Below, one piece after another: positions 1 to 12,516 of a stretch of 64,000 bases of DNA. Where the stretch lies: contig NC_057737.1 of the NCBI RefSeq assembly GCF_004010195.1, positions 18,624,930-18,688,929 of the forward strand, read 5' to 3'. This stretch comes from Chiloscyllium plagiosum (lineage: Eukaryota). The translations under genes and the position numbers were made by a program. The notes under the pieces were generated by a model. It did not search any database. It saw nothing but the letters and a program-made list of their open reading frames with translations, and was not told the origin of the DNA. Numbering within the stretch: position 1 is the stretch's first letter; every line of letters begins with the position of its first letter.

Positions 1-332
1 GATGATACGATGTATCTGGAGGTTGGTGGGGAGGTAGGTGAGGACCAGTGGGGTTCTGTCCTGGTGGTGATTGGAGGGACGGGGTTCAAAGGCGGAGGAG
101 CGGGAAGTGGAGGAGATGCAGTGGAGAGCATCTTCAACCACGTCTAAGGGGAAATTGTGGTCTTTGAAGAAGGAAGCCATCTGGGTTGTTCGGTATTGGA
201 ATTGGTCCTCCTCGGAGCAGATGCGGCGGAGGCAAAGGAATTGGGAATATGGGATGACATTTTTACAGGGGGCAGGGTGGGAGGAGGTGTAATCTAGGTA
301 GCTGTGGGAGTCGGTCGGTTTATAGTAAATGT
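1..332 (-). mobile_element. Penelope-like element fragment (RT thumb/linker region)
   Basis: Minus-strand frame IYYKPTDSHSYLDYTSSHPAPCKNVIPYSQFLCLRRICSEEDQF...DRTPLVLTYLPTNLQIHRII, typical of Neptune-type PLE reverse transcriptase C-terminus. Confidence 0.85.
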
Positions 333-490
333 ACTACAGGAGGACCAACACATTTTTCAGTTCAATTATGGGAGTCTAATTAGTACTGTTACAGGCTGGA
401 AACTGGAAATCTTCTTAATTTCTTCATTGGCATTATCCCTCCCCCAACAGTAATTTTGTTCTTCCGTCTTAAGATTGGTAGGTTACTCAC

Positions 491-769
491 ATTTGATGTC
501 CAGGCGCACAGTTGTATTAATTTTATGGTTTTTATTTAAATGGCAGCTGAACTTAGCTTCATCGTCATTTTCTGTAATTGGATCAATGCAGACAGTACTA
601 ACATTGATCCGATTCTTAGACTTCAAGTTAATTTCTCTGTCTCCACGAAACCAGACTAACTCTTCATCATGGGTGTTGTTGACTGCTGCGCATGTTAATG
701 AAACAAAATCTGAGATATTCCTGATGATAATGTAGTCAGTTGTGATACCATTAATAGCGACATCTACAA
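491..769 (-). CDS. tmigd1: tmigd1 Ig-domain exon (279 nt, phase 1-1)
   Basis: Acceptor ttctttatccAG at 770-771, donor GTgagt at 490-485; open frame with the Ig C...W...C pattern. Confidence 0.92.
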
Positions 770-3700
770 CTGGATAAAGAAGACAGGCATTATTTTACAT
801 GCATGCAACAATAAAAAATTTAACTTAGGAAATAATAAGCACAATAACCTCACAATAAGTTATATAATTGTGTCATGAAAAGGTTTTTCAACTGTTACAA
901 GGGGTTAGCACAATAATTCCAGAATGAGATTTGTATTATGTGGAAACACATTACTATGAAAGGTTGCAGAACTGTTGCTACAGAACTGTTAATTTGATAA
1001 TTTGATAAGTAGCCAATCTTGAAAAGGAAAAGTATCTCCCCAGTTTTTTTTAATAGCAGTAGGATATCAGAAAGAAAACATTCTCTAAGTAAAGCCTATA
1101 TTTTACCACCCTCATAAGGAGACACCCAATACACCCAAAAAGGTACCTGTGTAGAACATTGTGATGACTTTCTACATCAAGAGTTGAGGGAAAAATAGAT
1201 AGATCTTGCAGGGTTTCAATGCCATGAAATATGTCCAAACTACTAGTCTTCTAAAGAATTGATTTCCCATACCAATAGGGATCATAATTCTTCAAGATGC
1301 CTTGCTGATTTCAGCTGCATTGAACATTTCCCAATCCAGTCTGTTCAGCTTTTCTTGCTATGGATGTAAGGGTGGCACGGTGGCTCAGTGCGGAGGGACG
1401 GGGGATGGGGGAGAGCACGGCGCGGTGGCTCAGTGGGGGATGTGGCACGGGGGCTCAGTGGGGAATGTGGCACGGGGGCTCAGTNNNNNNNNNNNNNNNN
1501 NNNNNNNNNNNNNNNNNNNNNNNNNNNNNNNNNNNNNNNNNNNNNNNNNNNNNNNNNNNNNNNNNNNNNNNNNNNNNNNNNNNNNNNNNNNNNNNNNNNN
1601 NNNNNNNNNNNNNNNNNNNNNNNNNNNNNNNNNNNNNNNNNNNNNNNNNNNNNNNNNNNNNNNNNNNNNNNNNNNNNNNNNNNNNNNNNNNNNNNNNNNN
1701 NNNNNNNNNNNNNNNNNNNNNNNNNNNNNNNNNNNNNNNNNNNNNNNNNNNNNNNNNNNNNNNNNNNNNNNNNNNNNNNNNNNNNNNNNNNNNNNNNNNN
1801 NNNNNNNNNNNNNNNNNNNNNNNNNNNNNNNNNNNNNNNNNNNNNNNNNNNNNNNNNNNNNNNNNNNNNNNNNNNNNNNNNNNNNNNNNNNNNNNNNNNN
1901 NNNNNNNNNNNNNNNNNNNNNNNNNNNNNNNNNNNNNNNNNNNNNNNNNNNNNNNNNNNNNGTATGAAGTCATAGAGTCATAGAGATGTACAGCATGGAA
2001 ACAGACCCTTCAGTCCAACCTGTCCATGCTGATCAGATATCCCAACCCAATCTAGTCCCAGCTGCCAGCACCCGGCCAATATCTCTCCAAACCCTTCCTA
2101 TTCATACACCCATCCAAATGCCTCTTAAATGTTGCAATTGTACCAGCCTCCACCACATTCTCTGGCAGCTCATTCCATACACATACCACCCTCTAAGTTG
2201 CCCCTTAGATCTCTTTTATATCTTTCCCTTCTCACCCTAAACCTATGCCCTCTAGTTCTGGACTCTCCGACCCTAGGGAAATGACTTTGTCTATTTATCC
2301 TATCCATGCCCCTCATAATTTTGTAAACCTCTATAAGGTCACCCTTAAGTCTCTGACGCTCCAGGGAAACAGCCCCATCCTGTTCAGCCTCTCGCTATAG
2401 CTCAAATCCTCCAACCTTGGCAACATCCTTGTAAAGTCTTTTCTGAACCCTTTCAAGTTGTATGTGGTATTGTGGCTCAGTGGGGGTGGGAGAGGGGGTG
2501 GGTGGACAGGCATGGTGGCTCAGTGGTTAGCACCAGGGATCTGACTTTTATTCCAGCCTCAGGTGACTGTCTGTGTGGAGTCTCCCTGTGTCTGTGTGGG
2601 TTTCCTCCGGGTGCTTCGGTTTCCTCCCACAGTCGGAAGATGTGCAGGTCAGGGGAATTGGCCATGGCAAATTGCCCATAGTGTACAGCAATATGTAGGG
2701 TATGTGAGTTAGCCATGGGAAATTTAGGGTTACAGGGATAGGCAGGAGAGTGGTTATGGGTGGAATATTCTTCAGAGGATCGGTATGGACTTGATGGACT
2801 GTGTGGCCTGCTTCCACACTGTAGGGACTCTATGATACCCTCTTTCCCATTCTTTTTCCCACGCAGGGATTCTGCCAAAAAGGCAGACTGTCCAAAATGG
2901 AGATGCTGCAGTTTGCAATGAAAATCTAATCATAAATTGTTTTTATAAATAAATTTGATCATTTAATTTATTTGGAATTCAATGGCTGTGGGCACTCCAG
3001 ATAAACAAGAAATTTAATAAAAGTACTGTGATTTTCAAAGTATCTACAAATCTGGGATAATTTGGTGCTATACTTTTGATAGATCTGATCTGTAACTTCT
3101 TTATTAAATTCATATCCAAAAACAAGGGGGTTCAGTTAGCAGGACAGTTGGTTTGTGGTGCAGATTAATGCCAACATCATGGGTTCAATTTCCACACCAG
3201 ATGAAGCTGCCATGAATGACTATCCTTCTCAAACTCTCCCCTCCTCTGAGGTGTGGTGCCCTCAGGTTAAACCACTACCAGTTGTCTCTCTCTAAGGCCC
3301 GGTCAGAATATGACAATATTACCTTTTAGACTAGGCATCAGTCTCTCAAGCCCTTTTCCCATTCCCTTGCACATTGGTTCTATTGAATGCCCTGATTAAG
3401 TTTGCCTCCACTATCTTTCTATTCCAGGCCCAAATCACCCATTGTGTGAAAAGGCTTTTTTTTCCCTTTTTTAAACCTTTTGCTAATCACTTGTGCTCTC
3501 TTGTTCTTGATCCTTTAAAGAATGGGAACAGTTTCTCCCAATTTGCTCTATCCCAATCTCTCTTGATTTTTAAAACTTCTAACAAATTTTCCCTTAGCTT
3601 TTAACTTTCCAAGAAGTTTCAACCTTTCTACTCTGTCCTCACTACTGAATTACCTCAACCCTGGAACCATTCTGGTAAATGTCTCCTGCACTCTGCCAAT

Positions 3701-6700
3701 GTATTTATATCCTTCCTATAGTATGGTGCCCAGAATAGTACACAATATTCCAGCTGAGGTCTAACAAGTATCATGTATTAGTTCAGCATACCCTCTTTGC
3801 TCTTCTATTTTATTCCCCAATTAATAAAGACCCTGATACTGTGAGCTTTATTAATGGCTGTCTTTACCTATCCTGCCACTTTCAATGCTGCACACATTTA
3901 TATATCTTTAAGAACTGTACCACTTATTTTATATTCAGTCCAAGTCCTTCCTATCAAAATGCATCACTTCACACATCTCTGCATTGAATTTAATCGACCA
4001 TCCATCTGTCTACTCCACTATTTCATATCACCGCAACTTTGAAACTGCCTCATGTGCACCAAAAACTACATCATTAACATATATTAGGAAAAGCAACAAT
4101 CTGAATATCGACCCTTGGGAACTGCATGGCATAACTTCCTCTAGCCTGAAAAACATTAATTGACCATTACTTTCTCTTTCCTATCACTCAACCAATCATA
4201 TATCCATGTTACTACTGTCCCTTTTATTCCATGGGCTATATATTGTTTTCGCAAGTCTGCTATTTGCACTGTATTAAATGCCTTTTGAACGTCCATATAC
4301 ACCCTATCAATAGCATTACACTCATTGACCCTTTCTATTAACTCAACAATAAGCTCCAGAATTTTGCTGATGGTTGAAAGGAGATGAGACTGATGGATCA
4401 GTAATTGGCCTGGATTGGATTTGTCAGCTTTTTAACAGGACAACAAGGGCTTTTTTCGACAATGTTGGATAGATGCTTGTATTGTAGTTATACTGGAACA
4501 GCCTGGCTAGGTGCATGGCAAGTTCTGAAGCACAATCTATTGAATTACTGAATGCTGTATCTATAAAGTCTACCAATTGAAGTTTAATTTCCTGCTCGCT
4601 TTCCCTGATTTGAGACATGGAAGAATTCCTGGTTCTATTTATAAAATACATACATCTTTTCCCCAGTGGCACACAGACACTAGGTGAACAAGACATATAG
4701 TCGGCTTCATACATCAAAAGGGATTACTTGAATTGCTTTTCAATTATCTTACCCAAAAATGATAAGCAATGGGGAGCAGTTATTTCAAAGTTGATAAATT
4801 AAAAGGAGAAAGGAAACTAAATTAAAACTCTAATGTGAAATGTCAATAAATATGTGACTGCCAAATGTTTTGAACTTGTCCACAAATTATTTTCTCAAAA
4901 TCAGTCAGTTTCTGTCTTTAGGAAAATCAGAACATGTATAGACCACTGAACTCCTCAAGTCTGTTTCATCATTCACTTCGATTATGTATCCACATCACAA
5001 TTCTATTTATCCAATTTTGTCCATAATTCTCAATACTCTTGCCTCATAAAACATCGTCAATCTCATTCTTAATGTTTCAATTGATTATTGCATTCACAGC
5101 CTTTTTAGAACATAGAACATAGAACTGTACAGGCACTCCTGCCCATGAAGTTGTGCTGAATATGATGCCAAATTGAACTAATCTCTTCTTCCTGCCCTTG
5201 GTCCGTATCCCCCAGTTCCTTACATATATATGAGTGCTTCTCTAAAAGTCTCTTAAACACCTCTGTCCTATCTGCCTCCACTATCACCCCTGGCAGCACA
5301 TTCCAGACTCCTACCATTCTCTGTGTAAAAATTAACCTCTTCACAACTCCTTGGAACTTCTTCCCTCTCACCTTAATAGCATACCCCCTAGTATTAGATA
5401 CATGTCCCCTAGTATTAGATACATGTCCCCTAGTATTAGGAGGAGAAGGAATTCTAGAATTCTATTAGCAATTGAGTGAAACTGTATTTACTGATTTCAC
5501 TCCTGGTTTCACTCTAATTGTTTTTTTAAAGGTAAAGACTGAAGACTTAAGTTTCACAAATTTATTGTATGCCAATTTATTTCATACAAGTATCATGTCA
5601 GTAAGGACCTGTGCTCACGCCTCAATTATTCAAATTATTTATTAATGACTTGGATAATGACATGGAAAGTCATGTTTTTAAATTTGCTGATGACACAAAG
5701 TTAGGCAGCATTGTAGACTGTGTAGATGATTGCCTAAAATTACAAAGGGATGTTGATAGATTAGATGAATGAGCAAAACCGTGGCAGATGGTTTTCAATG
5801 TAAGCAAGTGTGAAGTTATCAACTTTGGACTGAAAAAGGATAAATCCGAGTATTTTCTAGATGGCATGAAGTTTAATACAATGGATATTGAAAGAGACTT
5901 GAGGGTCAGATGCATACATCTATGAAATATCATGGACTGAAAAAACTCCATGAAGGCTGTTATCCCAGCACCAAATCACCCTTTATTTACACATGCATAG
6001 TACATGACACTGATCTGGCTAAAGTAAACAGAACCCCTGACACTCATGTTTATAATCTATCAGCCAGGAACCCTGACTGCATCAGATTAAAAGCCCAATT
6101 CAGGGAACTCATATTCTATGAAGTCCATCTGGCTGACCTCATTCGAGTCACTAAGATCAGGTCCATGAAGTAATCAAGAAACAAAAACCGAAATTGCTGG
6201 AAAAGCTCAGCGGGTTTGGCAACACCTGTGCAGAGGAACCAAAGTTAATGTTTCAGGTCAAATGAACAGCTCTGAGGAAAAGTCACTCAACCTGAAACAT
6301 TAACTCTCATTTCTCTCCACAGGTGCTGCCAGACTCAATGAGCTTTTCCAGCAATTTCAGTTTTTGTTTCTGATTTACAGCACCTGCAGTTCTTTTGGGT
6401 TTTTTTTTCGTAAGCTGGTCTTTAGATCTAGAGAACTGGAATATAAGGTGCAGAAGTTATACTGCAATTATACAAAATGCTGATTAGAACTCACTTGGAG
6501 TACTATGAGCAGATCTGGGCACCACACCTTAGGAAGGATATTGGTCTTGGAGGACATAATGTGGATTTACAAGAATGATACATGGTCTTCAGGCGTTAAA
6601 TTATGAGAATAGTTTTATAAATTAGCCTATTTTCTCTAGAATTTAGAAGTTTACAGATTTAAATGTTTAAGATATTAACAGGCAAAGACTGAGCAGATAA

Positions 6701-8074
6701 AGGTAAACTATTTCCAGTGGGTGAGGATTCTAAAACTAGGGGACATAATTTGAGAATTAGGGCCAGATGTTTGGAAGCATTTCTACATACAAAGGGTGAG
6801 AGAGGTGTGCAACTCTTTTCCACAAATGACAGTGGATACTGGAGCAATGGTTAATTTTAAATCTGAGATAAATTTTTGTTAAGCAGTGGTATTAAGGGAT
6901 ATGGGCCAAAGACAGGTATGTAGAGTTAGACTACAGATCAGCTGTGATCTTATTGATTAACGGAACAAGCTAGAAGGGCTGAATGAGCTTTTCTTGTTGC
7001 TATGTTCTTATTGATGAAATGCATCAGGCAACTTAGTTTGGTGATTCATTTATTTGACTGTTTAATATAGGAGCAACAAAGCCATTCTCAAACTGATAGC
7101 TAATGGAGAAAAATTGTTTATGAACAACCCAATAAATGTTTTGTATCATCTACCCAGTAAGAGGAAACAAAAGTATTCGGGCATTCAAAATATAGCTGCC
7201 CTTACACTGACTAAGTTAGAGTGTAGGAATAATGAGCTAGGAGTAAATCAGCCTTTTCATCCTTGAATTTTTCAGATCTTCTTAAAAGTGAGTTATTCTA
7301 GTCATTGTAAAGGCATGGATTTGTTATAATCATGACATATATAATAATATCTAATAACGATTTTGTTGGTATCATAAAAGTACCAATGCTGTCAGGCACA
7401 AGTAAGTTCTGTGTTATTAATCTGTGAGGCAGAGATGTTATATAGCGATTAATAATCTGATCTGAAATCATGCTGTTCTTGCCATGTAGCTTTAATACTT
7501 ACCAAGCCATAATATATGTAACATATAGGTAACCAACAATATCATTATACCTTGACTTTACTATACACAACTTTAATCAACAGTTCTGGGGAGGGGAGTG
7601 GTGCAAATCACATTTTCAAAAAATCTATTAATCAAGCTTTTGCTATGTTGTTGAGTTACTGAATTTATTTATTCCTATATTTATGAATTGTAGGTTTTTG
7701 TAAATCAGACTTGGCTGACTTTTACAAGCTAAATAAACATGGCACACTTTTAATACATATTCAAAGCAGTAGCAGAAACAATCCACTGCAACAGATTTTA
7801 TTCAGCATGATATGACTAAGCTACATTCATAACTTCTATCAAGTTTAACACTGACCATATCAATGCTACCTGTTTGCATTGATTGAAAACAGGATAAGTG
7901 CCAAATGAATATTCACTGATGGATAGATTAATTCACATTGTTAAGATGAGTTTTGAAACTGGACACTGAAAATAATTAACACACCACAAACATACCTGTA
8001 TATCCAGGAACAAAATTTGTTGCCACAATAAGAACTAGTGTAAAAATTAGATTCTCAAAGATCCATGAAGCCAT
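491..8074 (-). CDS. tmigd1: Transmembrane and immunoglobulin domain-containing protein 1 (5' part; gene continues left of the window). complement(join(491..769,7996..8074))
   Basis: Spliced translation MASWIFENLIFTLVLIVATNFVPGYT-V-VDVAINGITTDYIIIRNISDFVSLTCAAVNNTHDEELVWFRGDREINLKSKNRINVSTVCIDPITENDDEAKFSCHLNKNHKINTTVRLDIK. It aligns with human TMIGD1 Ig1 as recalled (SLICAVQNHTREEELLWYRE...DLKSGNKINSSSVCVSSISENDNGISFTC). Phase-1 introns, GT-AG sites. Confidence 0.88.
1370..1484 (+). repeat. G-rich minisatellite derived from a SINE head
   Basis: Repeated GGCACGG(T/G)GGCTCAGTG core, 25-bp unit TGTGGCACGGGGGCTCAGTGGGGAA running into the gap. Confidence 0.8.
1485..1961. other. Assembly gap (477 N)
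   Basis: Run of N. Confidence 1.
1968..2457 (-). mobile_element. CR1/HER1 LINE 3' fragment
   Basis: Short tandem tail (GTCATAGA)2; ORF2 C-terminal remnant FTRMLPRLEDLSYSERLNRMGLF. Confidence 0.85.
2504..2837 (+). mobile_element. HE1-type tRNA-derived SINE
   Basis: A-box TGGCTCAGTGG, central GTGTCTG..TGGGTTTCCTCCGGGTGCTTCGGTTTCCTCCCACAGTC domain, LINE-derived tail. Confidence 0.85.
3125..3320 (+). mobile_element. tRNA-derived SINE (second family; another copy at ~17410-17600)
   Basis: B-box-like GGTTCAATT(T/C)C followed by the shared body CTTCTCAA..CTC...CTCAGGTTAAACCAC in both copies. Confidence 0.6.
3330..4350 (-). mobile_element. Old, degenerate CR1 LINE fragment
   Basis: Colinear similarity to younger CR1 copies in this window (e.g. 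cccagaatagtacacaatattccagctgaggtctaacaag). Confidence 0.6.
5105..5440 (-). mobile_element. CR1 3' fragment ending in a 21-bp tandem duplication (CCCCTAGTATTAGATACATGT x~2.6)
   Basis: (TAGAACA)n tail; ORF remnant FTQRMVGVWNVLPG. Confidence 0.75.
5938..6153 (-). mobile_element. Solo LTR (related copy at 58011-58460)
   Basis: About 215 bp insertion in CR1; on the minus strand a TATA-like box, then AATAAA (5987-5982), ending in TTCA. It shares ends with the 58011 copy. Confidence 0.65.
6176..6398. mobile_element. Penelope-derived inverted-repeat element with degenerate hammerhead core
   Basis: Arms GAAATTGCTGGAAAAGCTCA / TGAGCTTTTCCAGCAATTTC; CTGAGGA...GAAACAT core near 6272-6300. Confidence 0.75.
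7996..8074 (-). CDS. tmigd1: tmigd1 first coding exon (signal peptide)
   Basis: ATG at 8074, 26 codons plus 1 nt with a hydrophobic core (LIFTLVLIVA), donor GTatgt; the phase matches the Ig exon (G+TT = Val). A candidate acceptor at 8126-8127 implies a non-coding upstream exon that I did not locate. Confidence 0.75.
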
Positions 8075-10212
8075 ATTAAACAGATAAATGAAGAATTAGT
8101 AAAATTCCAAACAGCTTTTGTATTCCTGATAAAATTATGAAGATATAACAAGCATCCAGAAAAAAATGCAAATCTATTTAAAATTATGTTAGTTGCTGAG
8201 TTGGCATTTTAGTAGGTTTGCCTCAGTACCTGCACTAACAGAGGAATGTCTCAACAAAAGTGAACGATTTATTATGAGAAGCCAGTTATAAATGGTTAGA
8301 TCATCTTTCATCTCCAAAGTTTATATGTAATCTTTTTAACAAAAATGTTTCTTGATTCATTTTTATAGTGCCAGTAAACTATATTTGAATTGCACAGTTT
8401 ACATCTCCCCACTTATGTTTTATGGTTTTTATATGTGAGAGTCAATAAAGATTAACAACTCAGCAAGGTCATGAGATTTACATCTACTTAGATCCATCAA
8501 GAAGTTCCATGTAACTGCAAGGACACAGATACATTTATTTTCATTATGTGATTTTGTAATCTTGTGAAAGAATATTTACTCATCAAGAAAAAAGTGTGGA
8601 TTAGATTTTATCTAAACATTTTAAGGTAAATTGTTCTACTCAACACATGTAATAAATAACATGTCCTGTTGAAAATTAATCCCAAATCGGGTCTTTCTGA
8701 CTGAGACAACATCAAACTATCAACAAAATATTTAGGCTGTTATTTGTTTCAGCATCTGCTGTTGCCTCCCTGCAGCAAAATTTCTTGGAATTTGTGAAAT
8801 CCTTTACCCTGAAAAAATTAACTGTGACACATATGGTAATCTTTGTAATTACTAGAAGAAAGTTTAAGAATTGAGAAAAATCTTGATTACATGGTTTACA
8901 AACCTACATTAGACTTCCTATAAATGTTAATTAAAAAGAGTAGAAATTTGGAACTGAAATTATAGACATCTCAATCTTATATTAAAGATCGTGGTATTAA
9001 ACTGCCTTTAGTGAGATTAGTATCCATGTGGATGATTAAACTTTAAAAGTCTTGGATTGAGCAGCATAAAAAGCTTGAATTGCGGAACTGCTAATTTGCT
9101 GATTGAGGCTGCTTCTCTTAAAAGTCAATTTCTAATAACTTAAACTAAAGGGGAATTTAAATAAGCACATGTAAGAAGAAAACATAAAAGGAAGACACTT
9201 CATGATAATCTATTATAGTGTACATTCCTTTAGAAACCACTGAAAATATAACTCACATGAAACTGAAAAAGCTGGATGTCTGAGACATTAAATGTTGTTT
9301 TATTTCTTGGTTTAAGGTAAATGAGCAGACCTTTTAAATCTCTGAAATACCCTTCTCTAAATTAGTAACTTAGTCATTTTAATTAGCTAGAAATGGAGTC
9401 AAATGATTTTCAGAGAAGCAGCCCTTCAAATTGATATAGGGCATCATTTCCTCTGGTAGTCTATTGATTAATATTAATTTACAAGCCACTGTATAGGAGG
9501 TCATATTCACAGCAGTCTGCAGGAAGTACTTCTCAATCCACAATTTTACCAAGGACTGAAGTATGAGATATTCATGTTTTACTACTAGAGACTAATACAG
9601 GGCTGCAGCCACATTTCAGCCCTAAAAAGGGCACTGGCATATGATTGTTAAAGTGATTGATTTTCAACATTTATCATAGGGTCTCTCCAGGCTTTAGTAG
9701 GTGACATCAGTAGCAGTTTACAGTTTGCTATGAACCATAATATTAGGTAGATGTCCATAGTTTTCTGTACCAGGAGGAAGTAAATTTCTCATTCTGCATT
9801 AACAGAGTGAAACAAGACCACACTGCACTATGTTTTGCCCATTTCACAGGTTTCTCGAAGATCTAAGTTTCCATAGTTGCATTTACATTGAATTACGTGT
9901 TCCTCATCACCAGCCTGACATCTTTGTGCACAAAGGACATGCCACTTGCTCAATATGCAACTTGTTTGAAGCCAGATGGATTTTTGTATGACTCAATAAA
10001 CCGCTGATCACATTTGAACCCATTAGCAACCTAGTCAAATTTGACAAAGCAAAATCTTTCACTGTCCAGGAAAAGCTGCTAATCAACAAACAGCATTTAT
10101 TATGAGTCAAGATTAGAGTGGTGCTGGAAAAGCACAGCAGGTCAGACAGCATCCGAGGAGCAGGAATTCAATTAAATTGTTTAATCATTTTACAAAGCCA
10201 GACGATGGCACA

Positions 10213-10498
10213 GGGCAGCACGGTGGCACAGTGGTTAGCACTGCTGCCTCACAGCGCCTGAGACTGGGGTTCAATTCCTGCCTCAGGCGACTGACTGTGT
10301 GGAGTTTGCATGTTCTCCCCGTGTCTGCGTGGGTTTCCTCCAGGTGCTCCGGTTTCCTCCCACTGTCCAAAGATGTGCAGGTCAGGTGAATTGGCCATGC
10401 TAAGTTGCCCGTAGCATTAGGTAAGGGGTAAATGTATGGGTGGGTTGCGCTTCGGTGGGTCGTGTGGACTTGTTGGGCTGTAATGTAATGTAATCTAA
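10213..10498 (+). mobile_element. HE1 SINE
   Basis: A-box TGGCACAGTGG, B-box GGTTCAATTCC, conserved central domain, (TGTAA)n tail. Confidence 0.92.
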
Positions 10499-11982
10499 AT
10501 TCACAATCCACCAAATATCATTGATCAAATTCTCAGAATAATTTCCTTTAAATCCCATGAGTCAATATTTTCTTTCTATTCATATCTATGTCATCTAGGC
10601 CAAAAATAGTAAGTGCTTTTTTTTTGCCTTGTTAGTTTGAATCCCTTAGGAGTTGTAATACTATAAATGGGTGCTGAATACAAGACTTTTAATTATTAAG
10701 GTGCTTGTGGATTAATGTTATACAATTAATGGCATTATTTGCACTTTTGAAACAGTTTGAAAATAAAGTTAATGATAAAATTACGATGAAATGATAACAG
10801 GATTCTTGTGTATCCTTTTTTACAAGTTTACAGACTAGCTGGGGTTTATTAAGTAGATTCAATCAAAATTAAACAGCTGCATCTCCTTCCACAAAATGTG
10901 GAGAGTTTTATAATATCTCCATCAGATGTAAACAAAATATATATTTTTATATGGAAAACAATGCATGCAGACAGAATTACAGTCCTAAATATATATTTTA
11001 GAAAACTTTCCATTGACATAGAAAAGTGACAAATGAGTAAATCCTTAAAAATTTGCAACCTGAATAACAGGCTCCATGTGGCGATATAAAATTCTGCACT
11101 CCCTTGGCAATCAGTAATAAACAGTCCAATGGCAGTTCATTAAACTCATATCATAAAGGCCACGCCTAATTCAGAAATCGCTCCTACTAGAGTCCAATAG
11201 GTTCCCAGAAGTAATGATTAGTTAGACTGCTGTTAAGTGATGTGGTTATATCGCTCGCAATTCTGACCTGCATTGGAACATTAGACCAGATGGAGGCGAT
11301 ATTGTTCCTTGAGGCTTTTCTAATATTCATTGAGATTATGATTAATCTTTATTCCAAATCTATTAACCCATTTTAGGTCCATATCCCCTTATACAGCTGG
11401 CAACCAAAATCAATTGATTTCAAATTATAATTTTTTATTATAATTATTATTTCTAAAAGTAACATTTCAGCTAGCATCCACTATTTTTTGCAGGAGAATG
11501 ATTCATACTTTTAACATCAGTCATGCAAATTTGTATTTCCTGTACTTCTCTACAGAATTGTGTGACTCTGATTTTAAGATTATATCCCTGTACTTAATAT
11601 CAGCTGTGATTCAGATGGGAGCACTCTTCAGATGGGAGGTTACCTGCAATGTTACCTCTTAAAAGGACACAAACCTAAGAATTATGAGCAGGAGCAGACC
11701 ATTCAGCCCCCCGAGGCCGCTCTGCCATTTGATAAGATCTTAGCTAATTTGATTGTGGCCTCAACTGCACTTTGTTGACTATGTCCCAAGACTCTTGAAT
11801 CCCTTGTCAATCAAAAATGTCAGCCCCTTTATTCAGGCAGCAGGCATTGGATAAACCTACAGGAAGATAGGTCACCTTGAAATTTCTCCATAAGTTGCAA
11901 AAATAAGCAGAAAGACCTTGAAGTAAAAGTATAATGCAAACTTTTCAGGCACAGGATAATGCAACACTACTTTTATTCTGGT

Positions 11983-12116
11983 AGTAAGTAAGGACTGCAG
12001 ATGCTGGAGATCAGAGTCAAGAGTGTGGTGCTGGAAAAGCACAGCAGGTCAGGCAGCATCCAAGGAGCAGGAGGATCAACGTTTCAGGCATAAGCCCTTC
12101 ATCAGGAAGGCCCAAA
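11983..12116 (-). mobile_element. Short Penelope-terminus insertion with hammerhead core and 15-bp TSD
   Basis: TSD TACTTTTATTCTGGT at 11968-11982 and 12117-12131; minus strand CTGATGAAGGGCTTATGCCTGAAACGTT. Confidence 0.85.
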
Positions 12117-12256
12117 TACTTTTATTCTGGTTAAAGTTCAGCAGTATGTCATGAAAGGTAATTACTGGGTCAGCATCAGTTTGGTATTTATGGGCATTTG
12201 TAAATTGGCTGCTCCCTTTTCAACACTGCAACAGTGACTACACTTCATTGGCTGTT

Positions 12257-12516
12257 TTTTTTTTCTTATTTTTATCCTACATTACTGCCTAACTGCGGTA
12301 GTGCTTATATTTTCCCCTGCACCCATGTTGTGTGTGTACAGGTATGAAACACAGTGAAAGACACAAGGTGTACAAATCTTTATTCAATTTCCTCCACCAG
12401 GAAGAAAGGAAACACCCAAGTGGCCAGTGACAAGCAATGCCCTTCACATCAAAGGGCATTGCTGCATGATCAAACAGTGAAGGGAAGGGTAGGGATTAAA
12501 TTAAAATAGAGTTGGA
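12257..12516 (-). mobile_element. Poly(A)-tailed non-LTR 3' fragment (L1/Tx1-like) inside a Deu-SINE tail
   Basis: T-rich end on the plus strand, TSD ACTTCATTG(G/A)CTGTT at 12242-12256 and 12517-12531; the flanks join to give the Deu-SINE-like tail (caacagtgactacacttca...gtgaaa...tgcaa.tc.ttctttc). Confidence 0.6.

Larger units (their letters stand above)
5600..7010 (+). mobile_element. CR1 LINE RT-to-3' fragment, interrupted by a solo LTR and a Penelope hairpin
   Basis: Reads F.LFINDLD...KFADDTKLG, the RT catalytic motif of CR1, and continues to a CR1 3' UTR. Confidence 0.8.

Noticed and set aside
1302-1983. Four long ORFs (172-221 aa)
   Set aside because: They are open only because they run through the N gap.
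10213-10290. tRNA gene
   Set aside because: A and B boxes are present but they continue into the HE1 SINE body; no complete cloverleaf.
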